From the NCBI RefSeq assembly GCF_009914755.1, contig NC_060937.1: DNA of 64,000 nucleotides. The stretch is one strand, 5' to 3'. The notes below the pieces were generated by a model. The model saw only the letters and a list, made by a program, of their open reading frames with translations, did no database searches and was not told where the DNA came from. The translations under genes were made by a program, and so were the position numbers. Of this stretch, positions 1 to 12,984 are shown in pieces (position 1 is the stretch's first letter; every line of letters starts with the position of its first letter). This stretch comes from the human T2T-CHM13v2.0 reference genome, Homo sapiens.

Positions 1-1234
1 CATACCACATCATTTACTTGTTTCTGCAAATGCTAGCAGCACATTTCTGTGCTGGCACAGGCAGAGGGCATTCCAGTCCTCAGACTGCAAACCTGTCCTT
101 GCTCCCCAGAACAGGGCTGGTGGGTGGGCGGGAGGCCGCTGGTTCTTGAAGAAAGATTCCTAAGCAGTACTTGAAGGGTTTTGGGTTTTTCGGGACTAGC
201 TCTGATGGTTTAGTCTTTGCAGCTAAAGCAGGGGAGTTCAGTGTATTGTGTTTTCCCTCTTCCCTGGTTGTTTCTCTCTTGAGAAGTCAGGCCAGATCCA
301 GTGCTGCCTGGAGCAGGATCAGCCCCCACTGTGAATTGTACCCTGTGAGTGTGAGCCCCCTCCCTCATGGCTCTTGTTCTGCTCTGGCTACAATGCTTGG
401 GTTGTAATGTATGCAAAACATATGCACACGTGGAACACCTAGGTCTGTGACCTGGTCAGGCAGTTAAACTAACAACAGAATAACATACGGGATAAAAATA
501 ATGCACAAGTTTATTGATGCCAGGACAGAGCCCAGGCTGTTCATTTTAACTTGCATTTAAAACCAAACCAATGTTTTAAGAGACAAGCTGAACACCAATT
601 AAACATGGAAACTTTGCACTTTTAAAATAACGACACTGGCACCAAACTAGAAGATGACAACATTTGAACTGATTAGAACCTCATCAATGTGATATTTTTA
701 TAGGACCTGAGTCCCTGGAGCCACTTGTTACATGGCATATAATAAAGGTTGCTGGCCCACAAAACCAGAATCTGCTTTCTAAAGTTTGAATTGTCCAGAA
801 AATAAGCTTTCAGCAGTTCATTGGGAAAACATTTAATGTCCTTTCATTGGCTTACTTGTTTTAAAAACTAAAAGTGTGCAGATACTCTCATAGATTCCTT
901 AAAGATATATTCATAATTTAGAAAGGTTCAAATTATTTTTACATCTTTGGCTCTAGTGGAACGATTGTGTTGATTTTTTGTTCTGTTTTGTTTCATTTTT
1001 CTTTACTTTTTAAAGATGTATTGTTTCCGTCATCCTGCTAGAAGTAAGTTCCATGAGAATGGGGATTTCTGCTGTTTTTTTTTTTTTTTTGGAAAGGTAT
1101 TTTTAAAATAAAATGATTGTACACAAAATAAGGATGCCAGCAAATAGGTCAAAGATCTATAACTTTGTGTTGATAATCTCATGCTTGTGCTTAAGATATA
1201 AAAATCAATGCTCCTTTAATTTTATCTTGATTTT

Positions 1235-1845
1235 TAAGAAATTAAAGACCTAATGTTTTTAGAGTAGTTTTAGGTTCACAGCAAAATTGAGAGGAAAGTA
1301 CAGAAATACCTCATTTTGCCCCTACCCCCACACCTGCACCACCTCCCCTATTATCAACACCCCCCCACTATAGGGGTGCATTTGTTACAATTAATGAACC
1401 CACATTGACGCATCACCATCATCCAGAGTTCATAGTTTATACTAGGCTCACTCTTGGTGTTGTACATTCTACGGGTTTGAACAAATGTCAAATGACCCAA
1501 ATCCATTGTTAGAGTAACATACAGAGTATTTTCACTGCTCTAAATATCCTCCGTGTTCTGCTTATTCATCCCATCCCACCAACCTCCCCCAGCTCTTGGC
1601 AACCACTGATTTTTATGCTGTCTATGCCATAGTTTTGCCTTTTTCAAAATGTCACGTAATTGGAGCCATATAGTATGTAGTCTTTTTGAACTGGCTTCTT
1701 TCACTTAGTAACATGCATTTAATATCCATGTCTATTCATGACTTGATAGCTCATATGTTTTTAACACTGAATAGTATCCCATTGGGTGACCACAGTTTAT
1801 TTATCTGTTCATCTATGGAAGGATATCTTGGTTACTTTCAAGTTA
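1235..1845 (-). mobile_element. LINE-1 3' end fragment (L1MC-like)
   Basis: Antisense 3' UTR signature 'tttttagagtagttttaggttcacagcaaaattgag...ctcttggtgttgtacattct'; subfamily recalled from consensus. Confidence 0.8.
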
Positions 1846-1904
1846 ATTTTTGTGAATTGTGTAAGATCTGTGTCTAGATTCCTTTTTTAAATCTGCATAC
1901 AGAT

Positions 1905-2560
1905 GGTCCAGTTTCAGCACCATTTGTTGAAAAATTGTTAGATTTACAACTATGTCTTCTTGGGTGCTAATGTAAATAGTATTGTGTTTTTAATTTCAAA
2001 TTCTACTTGGTAATTGTTTACTTACAGGAAATCAATTGACTTTTTATGTGTTAACCTTGTATTCTACACCTTTGCTATGATCATTTATTAGTTTGAAGTA
2101 TTTTTGTTGATTCTTCTGAATTTTCTACATAAACAATCATGTCATCTGTAAACAAAGGTAGTTTTATTTCTTTTTTCTCAATCTGTATATCTTTTATTTC
2201 CTTTTCTTGTCTTATTGCATTAGCTAGAACTTCCAGTGCAATATTGAAAAGAAATGGTGAGAGAGGACATCCTTGCCTTGTTCCTGATCTTAGTGGGAAA
2301 GCTTCTATTTTCTCACCATTAAATATGATGTTGGCTGTAGGTTTATTGTAGTTATTATTTATCAAGTTGAAGAAATTCCCTTCTACTCCTACTTTACTGA
2401 GAGTTTTTATTATGAATGGGTGTTGGATTTTGTCAAATGCTTTTTCTACATCTATTAATATGATCAGGTGATTTTATTTCCTTAGCGTGTCGATGTAATT
2501 AATTACATTAATTGACTTTTAAATGTTGAACCAGCCTTGTGTACTTGGAGCAAACCCATT
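1905..2560 (-). mobile_element. LINE-1 ORF2 reverse-transcriptase region relic
   Basis: ORF 2081-2365(-) reads [41 protein letters not shown]...LFTDDMIVY, i.e. the L1 RT QGCPLSP and F(A/T)DD motifs; truncated. Confidence 0.95.
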
Positions 2561-3194
2561 ATTATATAGCTTTTTTCCTTTATTATAACCTCAGCCAGTT
2601 ATCTTAACCTCACCAAGGCTCAGTTCCCACAACTATGACATGGGAATAATAGACAATTATTTCTATTATAATAGAAATAAACTTTTTCTAAGTGCAATAT
2701 ACTTAGAAGGGTAAATGTTCCTGATATTACCCAGAGACCAGGATGGGGAAGGTGAAGCCTGAAGGGCTGCAGAGTGCCGATCCATATCAGCCATGAGACT
2801 AGCAGCACACACCTGCTACTACAGATTCTTTCCCTGGCTTCAGACTTGAGCCCTAGCTCTAACTCTTTACCCAAAAACTGGCTTCTGTCACTCTATTTTA
2901 GAATATGAAGTACATCAATCTGTTCCTAGAGACAGTCTTAAAAATAATCATTCGATGGGCAATGTTTGGAACTTACCATAATAATAAATGTTGATGATTA
3001 ATGTCCCAAAATAGGGTGGCACAAACTAGCCTTGAGGTGGAGATTTGGAGCTATGATCACTTCTTATTACCAAGTTGGCTCCTTTGCAAGAGATAAACCA
3101 ATCCCCTCATGTTACCCATGAAGCCTAGGACATCCCCTTCTTTTTTATGGCAACCAAATTTACATATTATCTGTACTAGAAAGTGTCTGGGATT

Positions 3195-3390
3195 AAAAAT
3201 CAGACAAATCTGGATTCAAACCCTGAATTGTTAGTTACTGTTATTTTGGGCAAATTACTTAACCTCATTTATGCTTAGTTTTGTTGTCTGTAAAATAAGC
3301 TATTAGTTTCATTAAAGCATAGTTTAAAAGATTAAATAAGTAACTAGAGATAAAATGACCAGCCAAATGCCTAGTTTTTGTGATAAATGT
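3195..3390 (+). mobile_element. MIR SINE
   Basis: Core 'gggcaaattacttaacctc...agttttgttgtctgtaaaat'. Confidence 0.75.
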
Positions 3391-3469
3391 AGCAATGAGA
3401 AGCTATCATCATCATCATCATCATTACCTTCTTCTTATCAAAAACATATTTGTGTAAATAACACAAAGT

Positions 3470-4565
3470 ACCAGTGAGGTTGTGGAACACCAAAACTCTC
3501 ATATATCGTTAGAAGCCACTTTGGAAAACCATTAGGTATCATCTACTAACACTAAACATATATATATTCTATGACCCAGAAATTCTACTCCCCATATACA
3601 AACAACAGAGATGTGAGCATGTCCTCACCAAAAGATATGCACTAGGATTTTCATAGCAACATATTCATAAGAGCTAAAAACTGGAAATAACCTGAATGTC
3701 TATCAGCAATAACATGAATACATTACATTATTTTTCCTCTGTTAAATACTACATAGAAATGAAAAAGAATGAACTATTGTTACATGCAACAATGCAATAA
3801 CACAAATGGATCTCACAGATATAAGTTTCAGGTAGAAAAGCCAGATGCAAAAGAATATGTATGTGTGATTCCATTTATGGGAAGTTCAAGGACAAGGTGA
3901 TCTATAGTGTGAGAAATCAGGAGACTGGTAACCTAGGCAAGGAGATAGCTGAAGGGCAGGTGAAGTGGGCTTGTAGAAAGCTGGCACTATTCTGTCTTGA
4001 TCTGTGTTCTAGTTTCATTAATGTTATGGATTGAATTGTTTCTCCCCCAAAATTCTTGCTGAAGCCCTAACCCCCAGCACCTCAGAATGTGACTTTATAT
4101 GAAAATAAAGTCTTTACAGAGATCATCAAATTGAGATGAGGTCATTAGGGTGGGACAAAATCCAATATGACTGGTGTCTTTATAAAAAGGAAAAATGTGG
4201 GCAGAGGCATGCATATAAGAGAGCATGGCCTGTGAACATGAAGGCACAGATTGGGGCAACACATCCACAAGCCAAAGAAGGCCAGCGATGACCAGCAAAC
4301 TACTATCAGGTGGGAGAGAGGCATGAAAAGGACCCTTGCAGCCCTCAGAAGAAACTAACCTTCCTGACAGCTTGATCTTGGACTTCTGGCCTCCAGAACC
4401 GTGAAAAAATAAATTTCTGTTACCCAAGCCCCACAGTTTGTGGCACTTTGTTATGGAAGCCTTAGCAAACTGATACAATGAGTATGTCCATTTCATGGAA
4501 ATTCATCAGGCTGTGAACGTATGATCAGTGCACTTTTCTGTACATAAGATCTACGCCCTCAATAA
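3470..4565 (+). mobile_element. Old LINE-1 3' region (L1ME-like), interrupted by the MLT1 LTR at 4022-4477
   Basis: 'ctatgacccagaaattctactcc', 'gaactattgttacatgcaacaa'; resumes after the LTR with 'attcatcaggctgtgaac...tgcacttttctgta'. Confidence 0.7.
4022..4477 (+). mobile_element. MaLR solo LTR (MLT1C-like)
   Basis: TG..CA ends ('tgttatggattgaattg'...'agcaaactgataca'), 'ttggacttctggcctccagaac', AATAAA near the 3' end. Confidence 0.88.
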
Positions 4566-4895
4566 CACTAAAATAACCTGTGAATGAGCAAATAATTGAA
4601 TTTTGAAATAGTGAAGTACTTCATAAAGATTTTTAAAAATCTATTGAAGTAATCACAAAGGGAAATACTTGATTACATAAAATATTAAACTCTGTATGTC
4701 AAAATAATGTCTAACAAACAAAATGGAAAAGTAAACAAAATATTGAGGATATAGCTGCAGCTAGTATGAGAAACGATTTACATTTCTAATGAAGAACTCT
4801 TGTACATGCATTTTAAAGAACTAAAATCATATAGAAAAAATAGACAAAGAATATAAACAAAGTACACAGAAGAAGTAATAAAAAGATGAGTAAGT

Positions 4896-5081
4896 AGGGA
4901 GTGATGAGGTCAACAAGATGGTAAAATAGGGGGTCCCCACCCTCCATCCCCCACCAACTGAACCACCGTCCACAGATAAAAATAGCTTTAGGAGAGCTCC
5001 AGAATCCAGCTGTACACATTAAATATGTACAGATTTTTGTATCTCAATGATACCTTAGTAAAGTGGTCTTAAAAATAAAAA
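4896..5081 (+). mobile_element. Short L1 insert: 5' UTR start joined directly to an L1 3' end and A-tail, inside an older L1
   Basis: 'gtcaacaagatgg..aatagg...agagctccagaatccag' followed at once by 'ctgtacacattaaatatgtacag...agtaaagtgg..aaaaataaaa'; flanks read as an older L1. Confidence 0.55.
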
Positions 5082-5559
5082 TTAATATGAAAAAAAAAAA
5101 GTTCACCCGAACAAGAAATCAAAGAAATGAAAATTAAAACAAAATAACATCCTTTTACCTTTTAAATCAGCACTTTATATTTTTACTATTAATAAATATT
5201 ATGTAACAACATATTTGAATAATAAAAGTATTAAAATGATATAATTATTTAAAATATTGTATTATATATAATATATATGTAACATATATTATATTATATA
5301 TCCAAGGGCGGGTCTATAGCGGTTATCTTATGATCATGCTACCATTGCATTAAGTGTATGTTGGAGGAGCATATATATATATCCAGTGCTGATGAATCTG
5401 CTATGAGGCTGACATTCTCTTCTGCTAGTGGCAAGAATAATAAAAACAAACATTTAAATACTTGCCATATGTCAAGAACTATACTAAATACTTGGCCTAT
5501 GTATTCAGGTACATATGTAGTCAAATATCTTATTTTTTTCTTTACTGCAAAGCCATAAG

Positions 5560-5675
5560 TAATGTTTGTCTCATTTCCAGACGAGGAAGCTATGGCTCAG
5601 AAAAATTAAATAACTTGCCCAGGGTCACACAACTAGTAATTTGTAAAGGTAGGATTTGAGCCCAGACCTCTCTGA
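5560..5675 (-). mobile_element. MIR SINE
   Basis: 'cagacgaggaagctatggctcagaaaaattaaataacttgcccagggtcacacaactagtaa'. Confidence 0.8.
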
Positions 5676-5778
5676 TGAGAGATACTGAGATTTATTACCT
5701 CTGAGAATATAAGCTTACTGCACCTTTTCCTTGAAAACAATTTGACAGTATACACCAACAGCCTAAAATGGTTCCTAA

Positions 5779-6084
<306 letters not shown>

Positions 6085-6981
6085 TGACCTACTAACTAAA
6101 TTTCTAGAAATCTGTTCTCATGATATAATCAGAAATTTCAACAAAGATTTAAGTACAAGGATGTTCGCTGTTGTATCATGTATACTACTGGGAAAAAAAA
6201 AAAAAAACAAACAGAAAGAGACTATATGTCCACAATAGAAGTGGACTTAAAGTATTTAAGGTGTATCTATCCACAATACAGAAAAAATTATAGCTATAAA
6301 AATGTTTCTGTAAAAAATGTAGAAAGATATATGCATAACACTATTCACTGAAACACTATTTATAATGATAAAAGACTAGGAACCTCCAGAATATCCCTCC
6401 AGAGGGGACTGGTTGAATAACTATATACAACTCCACAATGATGACCATTAGCCGTAGAGAAACAGTTATCTCCAAATACTACTATGGAATTAATTCAGGT
6501 TACACTGGTAGATAAAGAAAGAAATATGAAGAACAGCATGCATAATGTGCAAATGTTTATCTTCGAATGAGGAATACATGTTTATTTGAATAGCTACTTA
6601 TGTTTTTTAAAAAGAAGAATAAATAAAAAGCTGAAAACAAAGTTAATATACAGGAGGGAAAGGAAGAGGGCAGAGGATGCAGAAATGAAGCCAGACTTCT
6701 CTGAATATACCTTGTTCTATAGTTTGACATTGAAACCTTGAAATTATTTTATAAAATTACAAAACAAGAAATTCTTCAAAATTGCTTTAGACAAAAGCTT
6801 GTCAAAAGCAAAATAAATCAACTATTTTTTAAGTTGGTGGCATATGCACATAGAGAGAACAATTTTAATTGAATTTAGACATAGTAATTTGACTAGAAGT
6901 CCTTAGTAAGATACCATCAAAGGACAAAAACAAATGTGAACATTTTAACTACTTTTAGTAATTTTATTGTTGGTAGTAGTG

Positions 6982-9325
6982 TTTGGGTAGTTTAAAAATA
7001 TATCTTCACCTTCAAAAGGTAAAACCAAATTCCCCTTCCCTTGAAACTGGGCCAGAAATAGGGACTTCCTTCTAATAAAAAGTGTGAAAATGATGTTTGA
7101 CTTCTGAGCCTAGATTGTCAAAGGAATTGCAGTCTCCCTGTTGTTCTCCTGAATGGCTTGCTCTGGGACCAGCCCTCGTGCCATGAGGACATTCCATTAA
7201 CCCTTTGGAGAGGCCTGTTTGGAAAGGAACTAATATCTCCCTAGCAACAGCCAGTACCAACTTGCCAGCCATGTAATGAGACACCTTGGAAACAGACCCC
7301 AAAGTCTTGGTCAAGCCTTAGATAACTGTAGTCCTGGCCAAATCTTTTAGTGCAACTTTATGAGAGCTGCCCAGCTGAGCTGCTCTCAAATTTCTAACGT
7401 ACAGAAACTGTGACAGAATAAATGTTTAGTGCTTTAAACCACTAAGTTTTAGGGTAACTTTTCTCCAAGCATAATTTGTCACGCATCAATAGATAACTAA
7501 TATAGAGTTTGCACCAGGAATAGAGTTTCCATCACTAAACCCTAAGATTTAGTAGTGGCTTTGGAATTGGGTAGTGGATAGGAGTTGGGAATATTAACGA
7601 AAACCTAAAGGATCTTGAAAAGGCTTTTAGTGGAAGCCCAAGGTTGAGAAGAGTTTATTTTGGAGAGGTTTGTGGGTTTGTTTAATCTGAGTAAGCTACA
7701 GTAAGAATCACAGGAAATCTGCAGCCTTGCAGGGACATAGAAACTACAATTCTCAGCATACTAACACAGGAACAAAAAACCAAACACCACGTGTTCTCAC
7801 TCATAAGTGGGAGTCGAGAAATGAGAACACATGGACACAGGGAGGGGCATATCACACACCAGGGCCTGTTGAGCGGTGGGGGGCAAGGGGAGGGAGAGCA
7901 TTAGGACAAATACCTAATATATGTGTGGCTTAAAACCTAGAAGACGGGTTGATAGGTGCAGCAAACCACCATGGCACATGTATACCTGTGTAACAAACCT
8001 GCACATTCTGCACATGTATCCCAGAACTTAAAGTAAAATTTAAAAAAAATTTTTAAAGGAAAATAAAGACCTCAAAAAAAAAATAATCACAGGAGATCCA
8101 TGAAGTTTTTAAGAGAAGTAAATTGGCAGAAATATCAGGAACTTGGACTGAAAGCTTGCAGAATCCATATAAAATCGAAAGAGGCCTTTGAACCCTCAAG
8201 CTTCTACCAGCAAGAAGCAAGATCAAGATCAGAAAACTATTCAGCAGAGAACATAGGCTACCTTTCATGGAAAAGAATGAATGACCTAATGGGTAGAACC
8301 AAGGGCTCAGGTATGGGAGCTGGGAGCTATTGGAAACTCATTGTCAGGTCTTGTGTTCTAATCAAGGAACTTCCAACATTTGCCCTGATGGATTTCAGAA
8401 TTGCTATGGGTCAGGGACTCCTGCAGCCTCTGCCTCCTGGGTTCAAGTGATTCTCCTGCCACCTGTGTCTCCTGGTTTCTCCTGTTTTGAAAGGGGTAGG
8501 TCTATAGCAGTTATCCTGTGTTTGTCCTACCATTGTGTTAAGTGTATGTTGGAGAGCAGGTGGCAGGCAACTTTCCTCTTTAGATCACAGGTCCTCAGAT
8601 TGTGAGAAACTGTACTCAAGGATCTGAACTCAAGGAACCCCAGCTAAGGAGTCTCTGTCACTCCTGGATCTGACTTAGGTAACAAGATCCTGGACTGTGA
8701 GCTGATGCTGTAAAGGAATAAGACTTTTGGAATCTTTGGAAGTGGTGTGTGTATATTGCATGTGGGAGAAATGTAAGAAAGTTGCAGCCAGAGGGTAGGA
8801 AGAAATAGATCTGCAAATTCTTTAACATTCCCCTTTCAACAGGAAGAGATGAATTCCTTCCCTTTGAAAGTAAGCCAGAAATAATGACTCACTTATAACA
8901 ACAGAATGTGATAGACCCAAAAATGTATATTTCTGAAGCTAGACAATCAAAGGCATTGCCACTTACATCTTGCTCCCTAGAATCACTCACTCTGGAGGAA
9001 GCCAGACATCATGCTATAAGGACCCTTTTGCAGCTGTGTAAGAGGCCATGTGAAGGGCAGCCGAGGTCTTCTGTCAATGCCAGCATCAACTCAGCATCAA
9101 CTCGCCAGCCATGTGAGTATGCCCCGGTGGGAGCAGATCTCCCAGCACCAGTCAAGCTTTCAGATGACTGCAGCTCTGGCCAATAATTTATCTGCAGTCT
9201 TATGAGAGACCTTGCTCCAGAGTCATGTAACCATGCTGCTTATGACTTGCGGATCTATGGAAACTGTAATATAATTAGTGTTTGTCCTTGTGGCAAGCCA
9301 CCAAGTTTTGGAGTAATTTGATGTG
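6982..9325 (+). mobile_element. MaLR element with two LTRs and internal region (MLT1F/G-like)
   Basis: LTR at ~6982-7504 ending 'aatagataactaatata', internal 'gtggctttggaattgggtagtgg', second LTR at ~8790-9325; both LTRs share 'cc(c/t)ttgaaa....gccagaaata..gact'. Confidence 0.75.
7720..8084 (+). mobile_element. 5'-truncated L1PA (PA7/PA8-like) with TSD
   Basis: 'gttctcactcataagtgggag...gcagcaaaccaccatggcacatgtatacc...cccagaacttaaagta'; TSD aatcacaggaaatc (7706-7719) / aatcacaggagatc (8085-8098). Confidence 0.93.
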
Positions 9326-9469
9326 TGTGTATTGTTGATGAAGCAAATGAGAAATTATGTTGGTGTCTTTGAAAGAAAGAAGTTACAGGTATAAGATGCA
9401 TGAAGTGAAAAATACATATATTGTAGTCCTGAATTTGAATTGCAATGATTGCAGTGGTGTATTTTATGT

Positions 9470-9570
9470 GGAGGAGGTGGAGCAGAGGTAAAGGAGATGG
9501 AGGAGAAGGAGAAGAGAAAGAGGGAGAGAAAGGGGAAGGAAAAGGGGAAGGAGGAGAAGGAGAAGAAGGT
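9470..9570. repeat. Purine-rich (GGA/GAA) low-complexity tract
   Basis: Direct reading. Confidence 0.85.
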
Positions 9571-9620
9571 ATGTTACTTAGTTCCGTCTACTGAAAAGAC
9601 CTTTAAAAATGAGTACTGTA

Positions 9621-9941
<321 letters not shown>

Positions 9942-11473
9942 GAACACAGATTGTGGTTTCCACATAAACTTTCCCAACAACAAACAAACTAGTTATCTTT
10001 GAAGAAGTGGCTAGTTCTAGGTCTGAAGCCGAAAATGTATTAGATGAGCCTGGAGCATCCCATCACCACAGAAAGTAAGGAAGCAATTTAAAAAGACAAG
10101 GAAAAAAATACTAGGGTCTTGTTAAAGACTCAGAAGTGATCATGAAGAGGTTCTTACTTGCTGAAGATGGGACAATTGGAGCATCGTTAAAATGACAGCT
10201 GCAATGGATTAAAACACATCAAACATGTTTAAGTCCTTGCATTCATAATGATACTTAAAACCTAGCTTGCTTTGGATTATGTTTGGCACTTAATTCATTC
10301 ATGTTTTGATAACTGGCAAACAAAGGGAATAAATTGAGCATTTATCCTGCCTTTCTTGTATGAACTGCACCTTAGTATAATCAAATCGTCAGTGAGGAGT
10401 TTTTTCTTGCAGAAGTATTCCAGTTAATAAATGAAGAAATAATGGTCAGATGAGAATATTACCTTTTTGAGATTCCTAATGAAATAATGGTTCTGGGCAG
10501 TGACCCTCAATGGCTGCTGACCACACAAAGACAGACAACCAGGTACCGTGTCTCTCCCGGGAAGCTTATCATCCCACTTATGAAGTATGCTTGCCAAAGT
10601 ATCAAACGTGAATCTGATCAAACCTCTGGATTTAGCTACCATTTTTTAGCAAGTATAGGGGACAGAGGAACATTAGCAATGACAGCATGAAAATCCAGCT
10701 AGCAAAATCCAGATTGTAGGGAACCCTACAGGAAAACTGACCCAAGTCTTTAACAAATAAGGAACACATTGCAAAGAGAGATGGGGAGGGGAGAGAAAGA
10801 GAAAGAAATCATGTTTACATGATCTTTATAATGTGCAAAAAAGTCCAACACATATGAAGTTAGGAAAATTTGGATACAAAATTGTCTTTATAAAAAGAAG
10901 TATGCTGTAGAGTATGAAAGAAAAAAATACAAAAATAGTAACAGTCATTGTCTTCAGGTAGCAGGATTGTTGGCAATTTTTAAAAAATTATTTTTAAAAT
11001 CTGTTTTAAGAACAAATATTATTTTTATAATCACTGTATTATACCCCTTTTGGAATAAGGAGAAATAGATAACTCAGTTTTAAAAATCAGTAAAAATCAT
11101 ACAGTTTTAAAACACTTTTTTTTCACATGATGGCTGTATGCTTTCATCCATTGAGATTCTATTTTCTACAAGAAAATGTACTAATCCCATTGGATTGTAA
11201 TGTGTTGATGGGTCCCGTCTCCCTGGTAACAGGCATGTATTTTACCAGGGGTCTTGTGGGAAAGACTGAATCCGAGGGAATGAATCAGGGCTCACCTTCC
11301 GGCTCTGAGATGGGAATGAGAAGTTCAGTTAGCCCTCGTAGAACTGTTCAGGATGGTCAGTAGCTGAACTATGAAGTCTGATTTTTGGTAGATAACAAGC
11401 AAAGGAGGCAAACAGCCTCCACACAGCCCGGTTGGGTACAGATGGTCCACGAGCAACAAGTTTATTCTGCAAC

Positions 11474-11506
11474 GTTGCCAAGGCAACAGCAGCTGCTTCT
11501 GGCAAC
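11474..11506. promoter_or_regulatory. RFX X-box (GTTGCCAAGGCAAC) plus adjacent CAGCTG and second GGCAAC half-site
   Basis: 13/14 match to GTTGCCATGGCAAC in non-repeat sequence; binding not shown. Confidence 0.5.
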
Positions 11507-11919
11507 AAGGAGGGTGGTGGGAGGGGGAAACTGTGGGAATAAAGAGGCAGATGATTCTGTAAATTTTTCCTAGGGAAATGGGAAAGAATATGATAAAACA
11601 GCAAACACTTTCTGGGTGAGCCTACTCCCCAGCACTTGATATGTCAACAATGAAAGGCAAATGGTGTTTTTCATATTATAATCCTCCTAGAACCCAATGG
11701 GAGCCTAGTGGCTCTTGTCATGTTGTCATTTTCCCTTCCACGTCTCCAAACAGTGGTGGACAGGCTTTCTCACAGTTTTACCCCCTTGAGTGCTAACACA
11801 CATTGATGTTTTTCTGTGACAGTTGCCGCGGCATCTATTCACATGGTTGAAAGATGCTTATTATGCTTTTACTTTGCCCAGACTTGAGAGGGAAGAAGAG
11901 AGGAAAGAAATAGCATTGG

Positions 11920-11960
11920 TCCTCCTCCTCCTTCTCCTCCTCCTCCTCCTTCTTTCCTCC
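11920..11960. repeat. (TCC)n microsatellite
   Basis: Direct reading. Confidence 0.85.
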
Positions 11961-12984
11961 CCTTAGCTCTTGCCTACAGATCTTTCTACCTGCAAAGGAA
12001 GAGGATGAAGGCAGAAGAATGCGGCAGCAAGGAGGGAGCGAGAGATTATGAGAGGGTGCTAAAGAAATTTCATCCAAAGGAGAGAGTGGCCAACAGGATC
12101 CCCTCCAGAAGGCAGCCCTGAGACGGCCACTGGGAACCTGTGAAGAGCTGGGTCAGGGGCTCTCTAGGCAGGGCAGAGGCCAGTTCTACCTGTAACAGGC
12201 CCTAGAGAAGGATCCAAGCTGGGCATGAAGAGAGAGACATGGAAACAATCAGTGTGGAGAGGCTGAGCATCTAAATATTCCTACACTGGAGAAACAGAGT
12301 CCTAACACAGACATGTCGGTTGCTTGCAGCTTTTCACAATTAAAAGAATACCCTAATGAGTGTCCTTGTATATACATTTGCTTTCTTGTCTGTAATTTTT
12401 AAAGACACATTTCTTAGAGTAGAATTGCTATGTACATACACATTTTTGAAGCTATATATTTTCAAAGTGTATTCCAGGACCATTGTTCTGAGTCTCCCTC
12501 AGAACCTCATCTAATGTGTTCAGAACCTGAAAGAGTCTTTGGGTGGTTTTCACTCACTCACAAGTAAGAGCATTTAGAGTCCTGCTGGTGCCCAGTTGGG
12601 ACTGAATATGTTTTCAAATGCCAAACCACTTTACAACAAGGCAGGATGGCATAGAGAACAAAACCTGAACTTGGGAATCAGGCAGGTCAGGGGAACCTGG
12701 ATCTGAACCCTGGGCTCAGAGCTGTTCATAGTCACACATATGAGGCAGGGAGCCCACCCTCTGGGTGCTTTGCTTCCTCTTCTATACACAGGGGAGCTGA
12801 GGCCACCCTCCTGGTGCTGGGGAGTGACTTCGGTGTGGTACCTGGGACATTGCTAGGATTATCATTCTCACTAGAGCATGGGAAGGAATGGAATTCACCT
12901 GTGCTTGCTTCCTGGACTTAAAAGTAAGATTAGGTGAGGTAGAAACCCTGACCAGGAAGCTCTGTTACAAATTGGCACTGGGCC

